This document shows positions 1-8,253 of a stretch of DNA of 36,291 nucleotides, one piece after another. The notes beneath the pieces were generated by a model. The model made no database searches. It was given only the letters and a program-made list of their open reading frames with translations, and was not told the DNA's origin. The DNA lies in assembly GCA_043812095.1 (NCBI GenBank), contig JBDRMO010000002.1, forward strand, positions 1 to 36,291. The letters run 5' to 3'. The stretch's first letter is position 1; each line of letters starts with the position of its first letter. Made by a program: the position numbers and the translations under genes. The DNA is from Candidatus Omnitrophota bacterium (lineage in GTDB: Bacteria; Omnitrophota; Gorgyraeia; Gygaellales; Profunditerraquicolaceae).

Positions 1-269
1 GCACTGTAGCCGGTAGTCCGAAAATCCGCGCCATGGAGATCATTGATGAGTTAGAAAACATAAAGCGCGGGCCTTATGCCGGATGTGTCGGCTATTTTAG
101 CTTCTCGCATAATATAGATACCTGTATAACTATCCGGACGATAGTACTGAAAAATCAAAATGCCTATATACAGGCAGGTGCAGGCATAGTTGCGGATTCT
201 GTTCCGGAAAGAGAATATTTTGAATCGGTGAATAAAGCCAAGGCATTAATCGAAGCGATCACAAAATAA
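1..269 (+). CDS. trpE: Anthranilate synthase component I (chorismate-binding MST family), C-terminal part, 5'-truncated by the window edge
   Basis: Frame 3 is open from the window start ([18 protein letters not shown]...[10 protein letters not shown]...DTCITIRT...[23 protein letters not shown]), the typical TrpE/PabB C-terminal motifs; PabB not fully excluded. Confidence 0.85.
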   Translation, partial: TVAGSPKIRAMEIIDELENIKRGPYAGCVGYFSFSHNIDTCITIRTIVLKNQNAYIQAGAGIVADSVPEREYFESVNKAKALIEAITK

Positions 270-286
270 AAAGGAGGATATCAAAG

Positions 287-559
287 ATGGCAGTTCATGT
301 ACGGCTCAGGAGAATCGGTAAACGCATAAAAGGAGCGATACATTTTCGAATTTCGGTATTTGATGAACGGCGACCCCGAGACGGAAAATGTATTGAAGAA
401 TTAGGTTTCTATAATCCCAGAAGTAAAGAGTTAAAGATAAAGATGGACCGGATGGAACATTGGATAAAGAATGGCGCAGTACTTTCTATGACAGTCCGTA
501 AACTAGTAAAGAAAAACAAAAAGGAGGCAGGAAATGCCGCAGGCACAACAAGCAGCTAG
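287..559 (+). CDS. rpsP: 30S ribosomal protein S16
   Basis: MAVHVRLRRIG...RDGKCIEELGFYNP...WIKNGA motifs; AGGAGG SD upstream. Confidence 0.93.
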   Translation: MAVHVRLRRIGKRIKGAIHFRISVFDERRPRDGKCIEELGFYNPRSKELKIKMDRMEHWIKNGAVLSMTVRKLVKKNKKEAGNAAGTTSS

Positions 560-815
560 TCCCTTAGTAAATCTCTTCCCGCTCATACTGATCTTTGTGG
601 TTTTTTACTTTCTGCTTATTCGTCCGCAGAAACAAAGAGAGAAAGAGCATAAAGAAATGCTCGGCAATCTCAATAAAAACGATCAGGTGGTTACTTCCAG
701 CGGGATCCATGGTACTGTGATTAATGTAAAGGATAAAACCGTAATTTTACGGATAGACGATAACGTAAAGATTGAAATCGAAAAAAAGTCCGTCTCTTTC
801 AAAAAAGTTGAATAA
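534..815 (+). CDS. yajC: Preprotein translocase subunit YajC
   Basis: Single TM segment followed by FYFLLIRPQ and GDxVVT-like DQVVTSSGIHG; directly upstream of secDF; AAGGAGG SD inside the rpsP 3' end. Confidence 0.95.
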   Translation: MPQAQQAASPLVNLFPLILIFVVFYFLLIRPQKQREKEHKEMLGNLNKNDQVVTSSGIHGTVINVKDKTVILRIDDNVKIEIEKKSVSFKKVE

Positions 816-834
816 TTCTTAAAGGCAGGTTGAT

Positions 835-3042
835 ATGGGAAATCGAGTAATAAAAAAATTGGTACTGATTCTTGCGGTGTTGGGTATTTGCGTTTATTTC
901 GCTTTTCCCTTAGATAAAAGGATTAACCTGGGATTGGATCTTAAGGGTGGCATGCATTTGTTATTAAAGGTCGATACCGGGCATTTAGATGATGAGGCCA
1001 GGCGTGATGCAGCTGACCGGGCAGTGGAGATAATCAGAAACAGGATCGATGAATTTGGCGTAAGAGAACCTTCTATCCAAAGGCAGGGGGAAGATGAGAT
1101 CGTAATACAATTACCGGGCATAACCGACAGAGAAAGGGCTCTGGATATTATCGGTAAGACAGCAATGCTGGAATTTAAACTGGTATCTTCTGATATCGAG
1201 CAATTAAGAAAGGCTCAGGAAGGTGCTGTTGCCGAAGGGTATGAGCTAAAATATATCGAAAAGGAAGATAGAGAGCCGGTATTATTAGTAGAAAAAGCAG
1301 TTTTGATCGGAGATGCCCTGGTTAATGCCAGTGTACGATTTAACCAGAGTGAATTTAACGAGCCGATCGTTGCTTTGAATTTTAATCCAGAAGGCGCAAA
1401 AGAATTTGCCAAGCTAACCTCAGAAAACGTAGGTAAGCGATTAGCGATTGTTTTAGACGGTAAGGTACAGTCGGCACCGAGAATAAGGGAAGAAATACCC
1501 AGCGGCGAAGCGATCATCTCCGGAAGATTTACGGTCGATGAAGCACAAGATCTCGCTTTAATTCTAAGGGTTGGAGCCTTGCCTGCACCGATGCATATTG
1601 AAGAAGAAAGGACGATCGGCCCTTTGCTTGGAGAGGATTCGATTAACAGGGGGATCAAAGCCCTGATTATCGGTGGTGCAGCAGTCTGCATCTTTATGAT
1701 TATTTATTATCTTTTAGCCGGCCTGATCTGTGATCTGGCTTTGGGGCTTAACTTAATTATGATCCTGGGAGGATTAGGTATGTTGCCGGTAATCTTTCCA
1801 GGTATTTCCGCAACTTTAACCCTACCGGGAATTGCAGGCATTGTTTTATCTTTAGGTATGGCAGTTGACGCCAATGTCTTGATCTATGAGCGTATCAGAG
1901 AAGAGATAAATACGGGGAAAAGCCTGGCTACAGCTGTTGCCAGCGGTTACGCTAAAGCATTCAGCGCAATTCTAGACAGCAATATAACCACCTTGATCGC
2001 TGCCTTCCTATTATTTCAATTCGGCACCGGGTCAATCAGAGGGTTTGCCGTGACCTTAACCATCGGCCTGCTCTCCAGTTTATTCACCTCGATCGTAGTC
2101 ACACGTACGATCTTTGAAGTTCTGATTAGCCTGAAGTTATTAAAGAACCGGCTGCCTATGCTGCGTCTCTTTAGGGAGACTAAATTAGACTTCATTGGCA
2201 AGAGAAAGGTTTTTTACGTTTTATCTTCGATAATCATTATCGCAGGAATTGTTTTATATTTTAATAGAGGAAAGGATAACTTTGGTATAGATTTTGCCGG
2301 AGGTCAGCTACAGGAATATAGGTTTAAAACTGCACCTCAAGTCGATGAAATACGCAAAGTACTCAAGGAGATCGGGCTGGCCGAAGGCTCAATACAGCAA
2401 TTTAAGGAAAACCCTAGAATCATAATGATCAGAACCAGCGAAGATAAAAATATAGTCTTAACCGATACGTTAAAGCAGATTTTCCCTGATCAAGATATCC
2501 AGACATTAAGAGTGGAGCGAGTGGGCCCGGTGGCAGGAAAATATTTAAAGACCAAGGCCTTAAAAGCTTTAATCTGGGCAATGATCGGAATTTTGATCTA
2601 TGTCGCTTTCAGATTTAGGCATTTTAATTTTGCCGTAGCAGGCGTAATCGCGCTTTTGCATGATGTCTTCATTGCCCTGGGGTTTTTATTATTTACCGGA
2701 AGGCAGATTGACCTTTTGATCGTTACGGCCTTTTTGACAATCGCAGGCTATTCGATTAATGATACGATTGTTATATACGACAGGGTCAGAGAAAATACTC
2801 GTAATCTCAGAAAGCTCGGACTGAAGGAATTAATAAATCTAAGCGTAAATCAGATGCTAGGCAGAACAGTGCTTACTACCTTTGCTACTCTTTTGGTAGT
2901 TGTGGCTATATTCTTCTATGGCGGAGAAGTACTGAGTAACTTTGCCTTTACCTTGATGGTAGGCTTTATCTCCGGAGTCTATTCTACTATCTATATTGCC
3001 TCTCCTTTAGTTCTTCTCTTAAGCCGCAAACATTCAAAATAG
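835..3042 (+). CDS. secDF: Fused protein translocase subunit SecDF
   Basis: SecD motifs LGLDLKGG, GMAVDANVLIYERIREE and ILDSNITT, plus SecF motifs GIDFAGG and GYSINDTIVIYDRVRE, in one 735-aa ORF. Confidence 0.96.
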   Translation: MGNRVIKKLVLILAVLGICVYFAFPLDKRINLGLDLKGGMHLLLKVDTGHLDDEARRDAADRAVEIIRNRIDEFGVREPSIQRQGEDEIVIQLPGITDRERALDIIGKTAMLEFKLVSSDIEQLRKAQEGAVAEGYELKYIEKEDREPVLLVEKAVLIGDALVNASVRFNQSEFNEPIVALNFNPEGAKEFAKLTSENVGKRLAIVLDGKVQSAPRIREEIPSGEAIISGRFTVDEAQDLALILRVGALPAPMHIEEERTIGPLLGEDSINRGIKALIIGGAAVCIFMIIYYLLAGLICDLALGLNLIMILGGLGMLPVIFPGISATLTLPGIAGIVLSLGMAVDANVLIYERIREEINTGKSLATAVASGYAKAFSAILDSNITTLIAAFLLFQFGTGSIRGFAVTLTIGLLSSLFTSIVVTRTIFEVLISLKLLKNRLPMLRLFRETKLDFIGKRKVFYVLSSIIIIAGIVLYFNRGKDNFGIDFAGGQLQEYRFKTAPQVDEIRKVLKEIGLAEGSIQQFKENPRIIMIRTSEDKNIVLTDTLKQIFPDQDIQTLRVERVGPVAGKYLKTKALKALIWAMIGILIYVAFRFRHFNFAVAGVIALLHDVFIALGFLLFTGRQIDLLIVTAFLTIAGYSINDTIVIYDRVRENTRNLRKLGLKELINLSVNQMLGRTVLTTFATLLVVVAIFFYGGEVLSNFAFTLMVGFISGVYSTIYIASPLVLLLSRKHSK

Positions 3043-3064
3043 CAACATAACAGGGAAGAGCGCA

Positions 3065-4987
3065 ATGTTTAGATCATTAAAAATCTATCTCGGATTAACC
3101 GTTAATCCAGACCGGCTTCTCTCTGATCTTCTGGCGTTTGGTTACAGGAGAGAGGATAGTGTAGCAGAAGAAGGTGATTTCGCTAGAAGAGGCGGAATTA
3201 TAGATATATTCCCGTTTGCTTTTGAACTTCCCGTACGAATTGAGTTAGTTGGGGATCAAGTCGCCTCGGCTAAGTCATTTGATATAGTCAGCGGTAAACC
3301 GTTATGGGAACATAAAATCCTCATCATCCTGCCAATCAAGAAATCCCATTCTCCTAAACCCATACCCTTCGAGGAGGAGTTTCCCCTTTCAAATTTTATT
3401 GATCTTGATCTTGGTGATTATGTCGTACATAATCTTCATGGCATCGGAAAATTTAGAGGGTTAGAGAAAATAAAAATTAAAGATGAGTCTAAGGATCACC
3501 TGGTTATCGAGTATGACCGAGAAGAGAAGCTTTATGTTCCGGTCGACCAGATGCATATGGTGCAAAAATATATCGCTTTTCAAGTACGAAAACCGAAGCT
3601 TTATAGATTAGGGTCTCGGGAATGGCAGAGGACGAAGATCAAGGCAAGAAAGGAGATCCAGAAGCTTGCCTGGGAGTTACTTTCTCTACAGGCGATGCGC
3701 TTAAGTAGCACGGGTTTTGCTTATTCCGCTGATTCTGATTGGCAAAAGCAATTTGAGAAGAGTTTTCCTTATCAGGAGACTTCCGATCAACGTACTGCTA
3801 CCTCTCAGGTAAAAAAGGATATGGAGTCAATAAAGCCTATGGATAGGCTGCTCTGCGGCGATGTAGGTTACGGGAAGACAGAGGTAGCTATGCGGGCAGC
3901 ATTCAAGGCGGTCGTAGACAACAAACAGGTCGCCTATCTTGTTCCGACTACAATTTTAGCTGAGCAGCATTATCATAATTTTAGCTTTCGCCTGAAAGAA
4001 TTTCCTCTGAACCTAGAGTTACTCTGCCGCTTTAAAACAGATAGCGAACAGAAAATAATCGTAGATGAAATATCTAGGGGCAAAGTCGATATAGTAATCG
4101 GAACGCACAGACTTTTATCCGGTGATGTTAATTTTAAAGATCTGGGGCTGGTGGTGATTGATGAAGAACAGCGCTTCGGAGTAAGGCACAAGGAAAAACT
4201 GAAACAGCTAAGGCTTGCTACCGATGTTTTAACTTTGACTGCAACGCCTATACCCAGAACACTTTATATGAGTTTAATGGGTGCTAAGGATCTCTCGGTA
4301 ATCAATACGCCGCCTCAAAATAGATTGCCAATAAAGACGGTTGTGGTAGAATATGACGAAGACCTGATACGACAGGCGATAATTAGAGAGCTTAAGCGTA
4401 AGGGGCAGATTTATTTTTTGCATAACCGGGTTTATGATATTGATAAGGTCAGAGATAGGCTGAAGAGGCTCCTTCCGTCTACGGTAAGGTTAGCAATAGC
4501 TCATGGCCAGATGCCCTCCCGGGATTTAGAAAAGGTGATGTGTGATTTTCTTGATGGTAAGATCGACTGTTTGATTTGTACGATGATCATTGAATCCGGC
4601 ATAGATATCCCGAATGCCAATACGATCATTATAAACAATGCACATAATTTTGGACTTTCTAATTTACATCAACTCAGAGGCAGGGTTGGTAGATTTAACA
4701 GATCGGCCTATGCTTATCTAATGGTGCCTAAAAATCAGACACTCGATAAGGACGCCAGAAAAAGGATGGAGGCGATCCAGGAATATTCGCATTTGGGCGC
4801 AGGATTTAGAATCGCTATGGAGGATCTGGAAATTAGAGGAGCCGGGAATCTTCTGGGCATCCAGCAACACGGTTTTATCGCGGCCGTAGGATTCGATTTA
4901 TACTGCCGTCTTTTAAAGGAAGCGGTGAATAATTTCAAAAAAGTGTTCAATAACGAACCCAAGGGTGATTATAATGCGCAGAATTAA
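3065..4987 (+). CDS. mfd: Transcription-repair coupling factor Mfd, short (640 aa) form
   Basis: UvrB-homology D2 (GDFARRGGIIDIFP), CarD-like RID (GDYVVHNLHGIG), SF2 motifs CGDVGYGKT, DEEQ, TATPIPRTL and QLRGRVGR, TRG motif DLEIRGAGNLLG; no D1a/D1b/D3/D7. Confidence 0.92.
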   Translation: MFRSLKIYLGLTVNPDRLLSDLLAFGYRREDSVAEEGDFARRGGIIDIFPFAFELPVRIELVGDQVASAKSFDIVSGKPLWEHKILIILPIKKSHSPKPIPFEEEFPLSNFIDLDLGDYVVHNLHGIGKFRGLEKIKIKDESKDHLVIEYDREEKLYVPVDQMHMVQKYIAFQVRKPKLYRLGSREWQRTKIKARKEIQKLAWELLSLQAMRLSSTGFAYSADSDWQKQFEKSFPYQETSDQRTATSQVKKDMESIKPMDRLLCGDVGYGKTEVAMRAAFKAVVDNKQVAYLVPTTILAEQHYHNFSFRLKEFPLNLELLCRFKTDSEQKIIVDEISRGKVDIVIGTHRLLSGDVNFKDLGLVVIDEEQRFGVRHKEKLKQLRLATDVLTLTATPIPRTLYMSLMGAKDLSVINTPPQNRLPIKTVVVEYDEDLIRQAIIRELKRKGQIYFLHNRVYDIDKVRDRLKRLLPSTVRLAIAHGQMPSRDLEKVMCDFLDGKIDCLICTMIIESGIDIPNANTIIINNAHNFGLSNLHQLRGRVGRFNRSAYAYLMVPKNQTLDKDARKRMEAIQEYSHLGAGFRIAMEDLEIRGAGNLLGIQQHGFIAAVGFDLYCRLLKEAVNNFKKVFNNEPKGDYNAQN

Positions 4988-5891
4988 AAGACTTATCTTT
5001 ACGCTTGTAATTTTTGCTCTGTTATTTAGCTTTTATCTACCACGCCATCTTTATGCAGATAGTAAAATAATTGCTATTGTCAATTCTGAAGCAATTACCC
5101 AGAAGGATCTCGACGACTTTATTAATTTTATGCGCATGCAGTTATCGCGGGAGTTAGAAGGTGGCGCTTTGGAGGATAGAGTTCAATCGATGACAGAAGA
5201 TCTGCTGAAAAAGTTGATTGAAGACAGGTTAGTTTTACAGGAGGCAAAAAAGAACGAGATTACCGTAGACGAAAGTAGAATCAGGGCGAGAATCAGTGAT
5301 ATTCGAAGAAGGTATCCTGCGGATAATGATTTTCAGGCGGATTTATTAATCAGGGGTTTGACTCAGGCAGACTTAGAAACAAAGATCAGGGAACAGTTTC
5401 TCATGCGCAGCATAATCGATCAGGAGGTGCGCCGAAATGTAGTGATTAATCCTAAGGAGATAACCGCTTTCTATAATCAGAATATAGATAGATTTAACGC
5501 AGAAGAATTAAGAAGGGTAGATGTGCTGATGATTGATTCCGGAGAGCTGGCAAATAAAATAGCCCCGGATTTAAATGGCACCAGGACACTGGAGGAGATT
5601 GCAATAGAGCATTCTCTTAGCGTTGATAGTCTAGAGGTTATAGAGAGGGAGCTTAGTGAAGAGGTAAGCAAAGAGGTTTTTCGCCTAGAGGTAGGGCAGA
5701 GATCAGGCTTAGTCCACCTTGAAGGTAAGTATTATATCTTTAGACTTAACCAAATTATCCCTTCCAGAAAACTGAATTTATCAGAGGTTCAGGATCAAAT
5801 AAAACTTTACTTATTTGAAAAGAAGATGCAGGAATCGATGCTGCAGTGGCTAGATGGGCTTAAAGAAAAATCATATATCAAAATCCTCTAA
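4974..5891 (+). CDS. SurA/PrsA-like periplasmic chaperone with a degenerate parvulin PPIase domain
   Basis: Signal peptide (MRRIKR + hydrophobic stretch), SurA N-domain IIAIVNSEAIT...LIEDRLVLQEAKK, C-terminal WLDGLKEKSYIKI; surA-pdxA-rsmA synteny. Start could also be GTG 4965. Confidence 0.8.
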   Translation: MRRIKRLIFTLVIFALLFSFYLPRHLYADSKIIAIVNSEAITQKDLDDFINFMRMQLSRELEGGALEDRVQSMTEDLLKKLIEDRLVLQEAKKNEITVDESRIRARISDIRRRYPADNDFQADLLIRGLTQADLETKIREQFLMRSIIDQEVRRNVVINPKEITAFYNQNIDRFNAEELRRVDVLMIDSGELANKIAPDLNGTRTLEEIAIEHSLSVDSLEVIERELSEEVSKEVFRLEVGQRSGLVHLEGKYYIFRLNQIIPSRKLNLSEVQDQIKLYLFEKKMQESMLQWLDGLKEKSYIKIL

Positions 5892-6829
5892 AGTCAGGGT
5901 AGGCCTTACCATAGGCGATCCTTCCGGTATCGGCCCAGCAATCACTCTAAAAGCTATTAAAAAATTAAAAGGATTAGCTGATTTTACTATAATCGGCGAC
6001 CATTGGCTATTGAATCAACTTACGACTTACCGCCGGCGTGCGGTTAATCGACCTTAAGAACGTAGCGCATAAAGGATTTTCTTTTGGGACAATAAAAGCG
6101 GCATACGGTAAAGCTTCAATTGAATATTTAGATAAAGCCATGGAATTAATTAAGCAGAATGAAATAGACTGCCTCGTTACGGCTCCAATCTCAAAAGAAT
6201 CAATAAACCTGGCGGGTTTTAAATATTCCGGTCATACGGAATATTTTGCCGAGAAAACAGATACTAGAAATATCGCAATGATGCTTTTAAACAGTAAGAT
6301 AAAGTTCTCGTTACTCACCCGGCACCTTCCTTTAAAAGATGTTGCCACTTCAATAAACCAAAAATCGATTTATAATACGGTTCTTTTAACTCACCGATTT
6401 TTGAAAAGAAACTTCGCTTTGAGAAATCCCCGAATCGTATTTTGCGCACTTAATCCCCATGCCTCTGATAACGGTTTGATCGGGAAAGAAGAGATCAAGA
6501 TAATTTCTCCGGTTATAAAAAAAATTAAAGATAAGCTTAAGATTTATGTTGATGGCCCGGTTTCGGCAGATGTGGCGATTTATAAAGCAAGAGATAAAAT
6601 TTATGATTGCGTGATAGCCGCTTATCATGATCAGGCGTTGATAGCGTTAAAACTACTTGATAATAAAGGAGGGGTAAATATTACCCTCGGACTACCTTTT
6701 ATCAGGACTTCTGCGCTGCACGGTACGGCTTTTGATATTGCCAAGGACGTTCATTTAATTAAGGCGGATTCGTTGATTGAGGCGATCCGTTTTGCCGTAA
6801 AATGCATCAAAAACCAAAGAAAAGATTAG
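5854..6829 (+). pseudogene. pdxA: 4-hydroxythreonine-4-phosphate dehydrogenase PdxA, split by an apparent frameshift at about 6014-6040
   Basis: N-terminal motif TIGDPSGIGP in ORF 5854-6057; the rest (TAPISKE, GHTEY, NPHA, YHDQ, GLPFIRTS..HGTAFDIA) in ORF 6038-6829 in the +1 frame; may be an assembly artefact. Confidence 0.85.
6018..6030 (+). repeat. 7-bp tandem repeat ACTTACG-ACTTAC at the pdxA frameshift
   Basis: Read directly; removing one 7-bp unit restores a continuous PdxA frame. Confidence 0.6.
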
Positions 6830-7587
6830 GGCAAAATTTTCTTACCGATAGAAATATTCGCAATAAAATCATTGCTGCCTGCGGACTTAATAAGAATGAT
6901 ATTGTTTTAGAGATCGGCTCAGGCAGAGGGGAGTTAACATTTGAGATTGCCCGATTGGTAGATAAAGTCTATGCCCTAGAGATTGATAGCGGACTCTGTG
7001 AAACCTTGAAAGAAAGTTTATCAGGTTACAAAAACATCGAGGTAATCAACGCTGACTTCCTAAAATTCGATATTAAGAAACATTTTAGTATAAGAAATAA
7101 AAAGTTAAAAGTTATCGGCAACATCCCTTATTACATCAGCTCTGCGATAATTCAGCATTTAGTAAAAAATAAAGAGCTAGTCGAAATCATATTTCTCACC
7201 GTGCAAAAAGAATTCGCTAAAAGAATTATTGCTTGTCCCGGCGGGAAAGACTACGGCTCCTTTAGTTGTTTTGTACAATACCACTTTGCCCCACGAATAC
7301 TTTTTAATATAAAAAACAGATCTTTTACTCCCGCGCCTAAGGTCGATTCATGTTTTTTAACTTTAGCTGCCTTTGGGAATCGTGGCCTAAGCAAAAAAGA
7401 TGAGGATCTTTTATTCAAGATAATTAGAGGCGCTTTTAGCAAAAGAAGAAAGACGCTCAAAAACGGCCTTAAGGGGATAATCGCATTGAATAAGTTGGAG
7501 GATTTTTTGAACAGATATAAAATAAATATCAATATCCGCCCGGAAAAGCTTTCCCTGGATAAGTTTATAAAGCTCGCCAAATTCTGA
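6802..7587 (+). CDS. rsmA: 16S rRNA m6,2A1518/1519 dimethyltransferase RsmA (KsgA)
   Basis: KKRLGQNFL, VLEIGSGRG, GNIPYYIS, QKEFA and F.PAPKVDS motifs. Confidence 0.96.
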   Translation: MHQKPKKRLGQNFLTDRNIRNKIIAACGLNKNDIVLEIGSGRGELTFEIARLVDKVYALEIDSGLCETLKESLSGYKNIEVINADFLKFDIKKHFSIRNKKLKVIGNIPYYISSAIIQHLVKNKELVEIIFLTVQKEFAKRIIACPGGKDYGSFSCFVQYHFAPRILFNIKNRSFTPAPKVDSCFLTLAAFGNRGLSKKDEDLLFKIIRGAFSKRRKTLKNGLKGIIALNKLEDFLNRYKININIRPEKLSLDKFIKLAKF

Positions 7588-7594
7588 AATAACG

Positions 7595-7632
7595 AAAAAA
7601 AAGCTTGACAAGTACTAAATTTAATATATACT
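7595..7632 (+). promoter_or_regulatory. Sigma70-type promoter probably driving the tRNA/ribosomal supercluster
   Basis: TTGACA at 7605-7610, 16-bp spacer, TATACT at 7627-7632, A-tract (UP-like) at 7595-7602. Confidence 0.7.
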
Positions 7633-7658
7633 TTGATACTTACGTAATTCCTTACTTC

Positions 7659-7678
7659 AGCATTTTCAAGCATTTTCA
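7659..7678 (+). repeat. 10-bp direct repeat AGCATTTTCA x2 in the leader
   Basis: Read directly. Confidence 0.6.
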
Positions 7679-7698
7679 ACCTTGTCTGAATATATAAC

Positions 7699-7735
7699 AG
7701 AATTTCGAGGAGAAATTCTTGGGATGGTTTTTTTT
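7699..7735 (+). terminator. Hairpin plus T-tract, possible terminator or attenuator in the leader
   Basis: AGAATTTC-gagga-GAAATTCT (7699-7719) and T8 at 7728-7735; the stem is AU-rich and 8 nt from the T-tract, so it is not a canonical terminator. Confidence 0.35.
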
Positions 7736-7773
7736 ACTCTTCAGGCTCAAGCGACAGAGCGTAACCTTAATTT

Positions 7774-7846
7774 GCTGGAGTAGCTCAGTCGGCAGAGCAC
7801 GTCCTTGGTAAGGACGGGGTCACGGGTTCGATTCCCGTCTCCAGCT
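7774..7846 (+). tRNA. tRNA-Thr(GGT)
   Basis: Cloverleaf: acceptor GCTGGAG/CTCCAGC, anticodon arm CGTCC-TT-GGT-AA-GGACG, T-loop TTCGATT; CCA not encoded. Confidence 0.97.
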
Positions 7847-7858
7847 TAAAAAAAAGAT

Positions 7859-8008
7859 ATGCGAGAGATCATTACACTTGAGTGCACGGTTTGCAATAAT
7901 AGAAACTACACGACGACAAAAGATAAAAGAAAGCAGCAAGGCAGACTGGAATTGAAAAAATATTGTAGATTTTGCCGTAAGCATGCTGTGCATAAGGAAA
8001 TAAAATAA
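7859..8008 (+). CDS. rpmG: 50S ribosomal protein L33, zinc-ribbon type (49 aa; not in the ORF track)
   Basis: Translated by hand: [49 protein letters not shown]. Confidence 0.96.
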   Translation: MREIITLECTVCNNRNYTTTKDKRKQQGRLELKKYCRFCRKHAVHKEIK

Positions 8009-8013
8009 GTGAG

Positions 8014-8145
8014 GACGCAACTTATGGAACAGAGTGAACATAAGTTGTTGTCGGACCTTATCCTCAACATCAACGATGTTGTTGAGGATTAAATTCACAC
8101 ATTGACTTATGCCGGAGAAAATGAGTTTTTTCATAAGTCAAGTGT
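8014..8145. repeat. Cluster of three inverted repeats between rpmG and tRNA-Trp
   Basis: CAACTTATG/CATAAGTTG (8018-8026/8039-8047); ATCCTCAACA/TGTTGAGGAT (8060-8069/8080-8089); TTGACTTATG/CATAAGTCAA (8102-8111/8132-8141). Confidence 0.8.
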
Positions 8146-8155
8146 TCATTTAAAT

Positions 8156-8226
8156 AGGAGCGTCGGTTAATGGCAAACCAGCGGTCTCCAAAACCGTGAC
8201 TGCAGGTTCAAGTCCTGCCGCTCCTG
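8156..8226 (+). tRNA. tRNA-Trp(CCA)
   Basis: Acceptor AGGAGCG/CGCTCCT, D-stem GGTT/AACC, anticodon arm GCGGT-CT-CCA-AA-ACCGT, T-loop TTCAAGT; usual position before secE; CCA end not encoded. Confidence 0.95.
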
Positions 8227-8253
8227 GTGTGACTTGAACCGTAAGATAAACGA

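Noticed and set aside
835-3042. SecD-SecF fusion as a novelty
   Set aside because: Fused SecDF is well known in many bacteria
7251-7679. 142-aa minus-strand ORF starting in the intergenic region
   Set aside because: Mostly antisense to rsmA and crosses the predicted promoter; no recognisable family
7707-7783. GAGGAG followed by ATG 7724 and a 19-codon ORF (MVFFTLQAQATERNLNLLE)
   Set aside because: It runs into tRNA-Thr, the SD spacing is long (11 nt) and there is no leader-peptide-like codon bias
7820-8134. 104-aa minus-strand ORF spanning an apparent gap in the track
   Set aside because: It overlaps tRNA-Thr, rpmG and the palindromes, which already explain the region
8014-8145. Palindrome cluster as a CRISPR array or a tRNA-associated att site
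   Set aside because: No identical direct repeats with spacers, no cas or integrase gene, and no duplicated tRNA 3' end
7774-8226. tRNA genes lacking an encoded CCA
   Set aside because: Common in bacteria that use a CCA-adding enzyme
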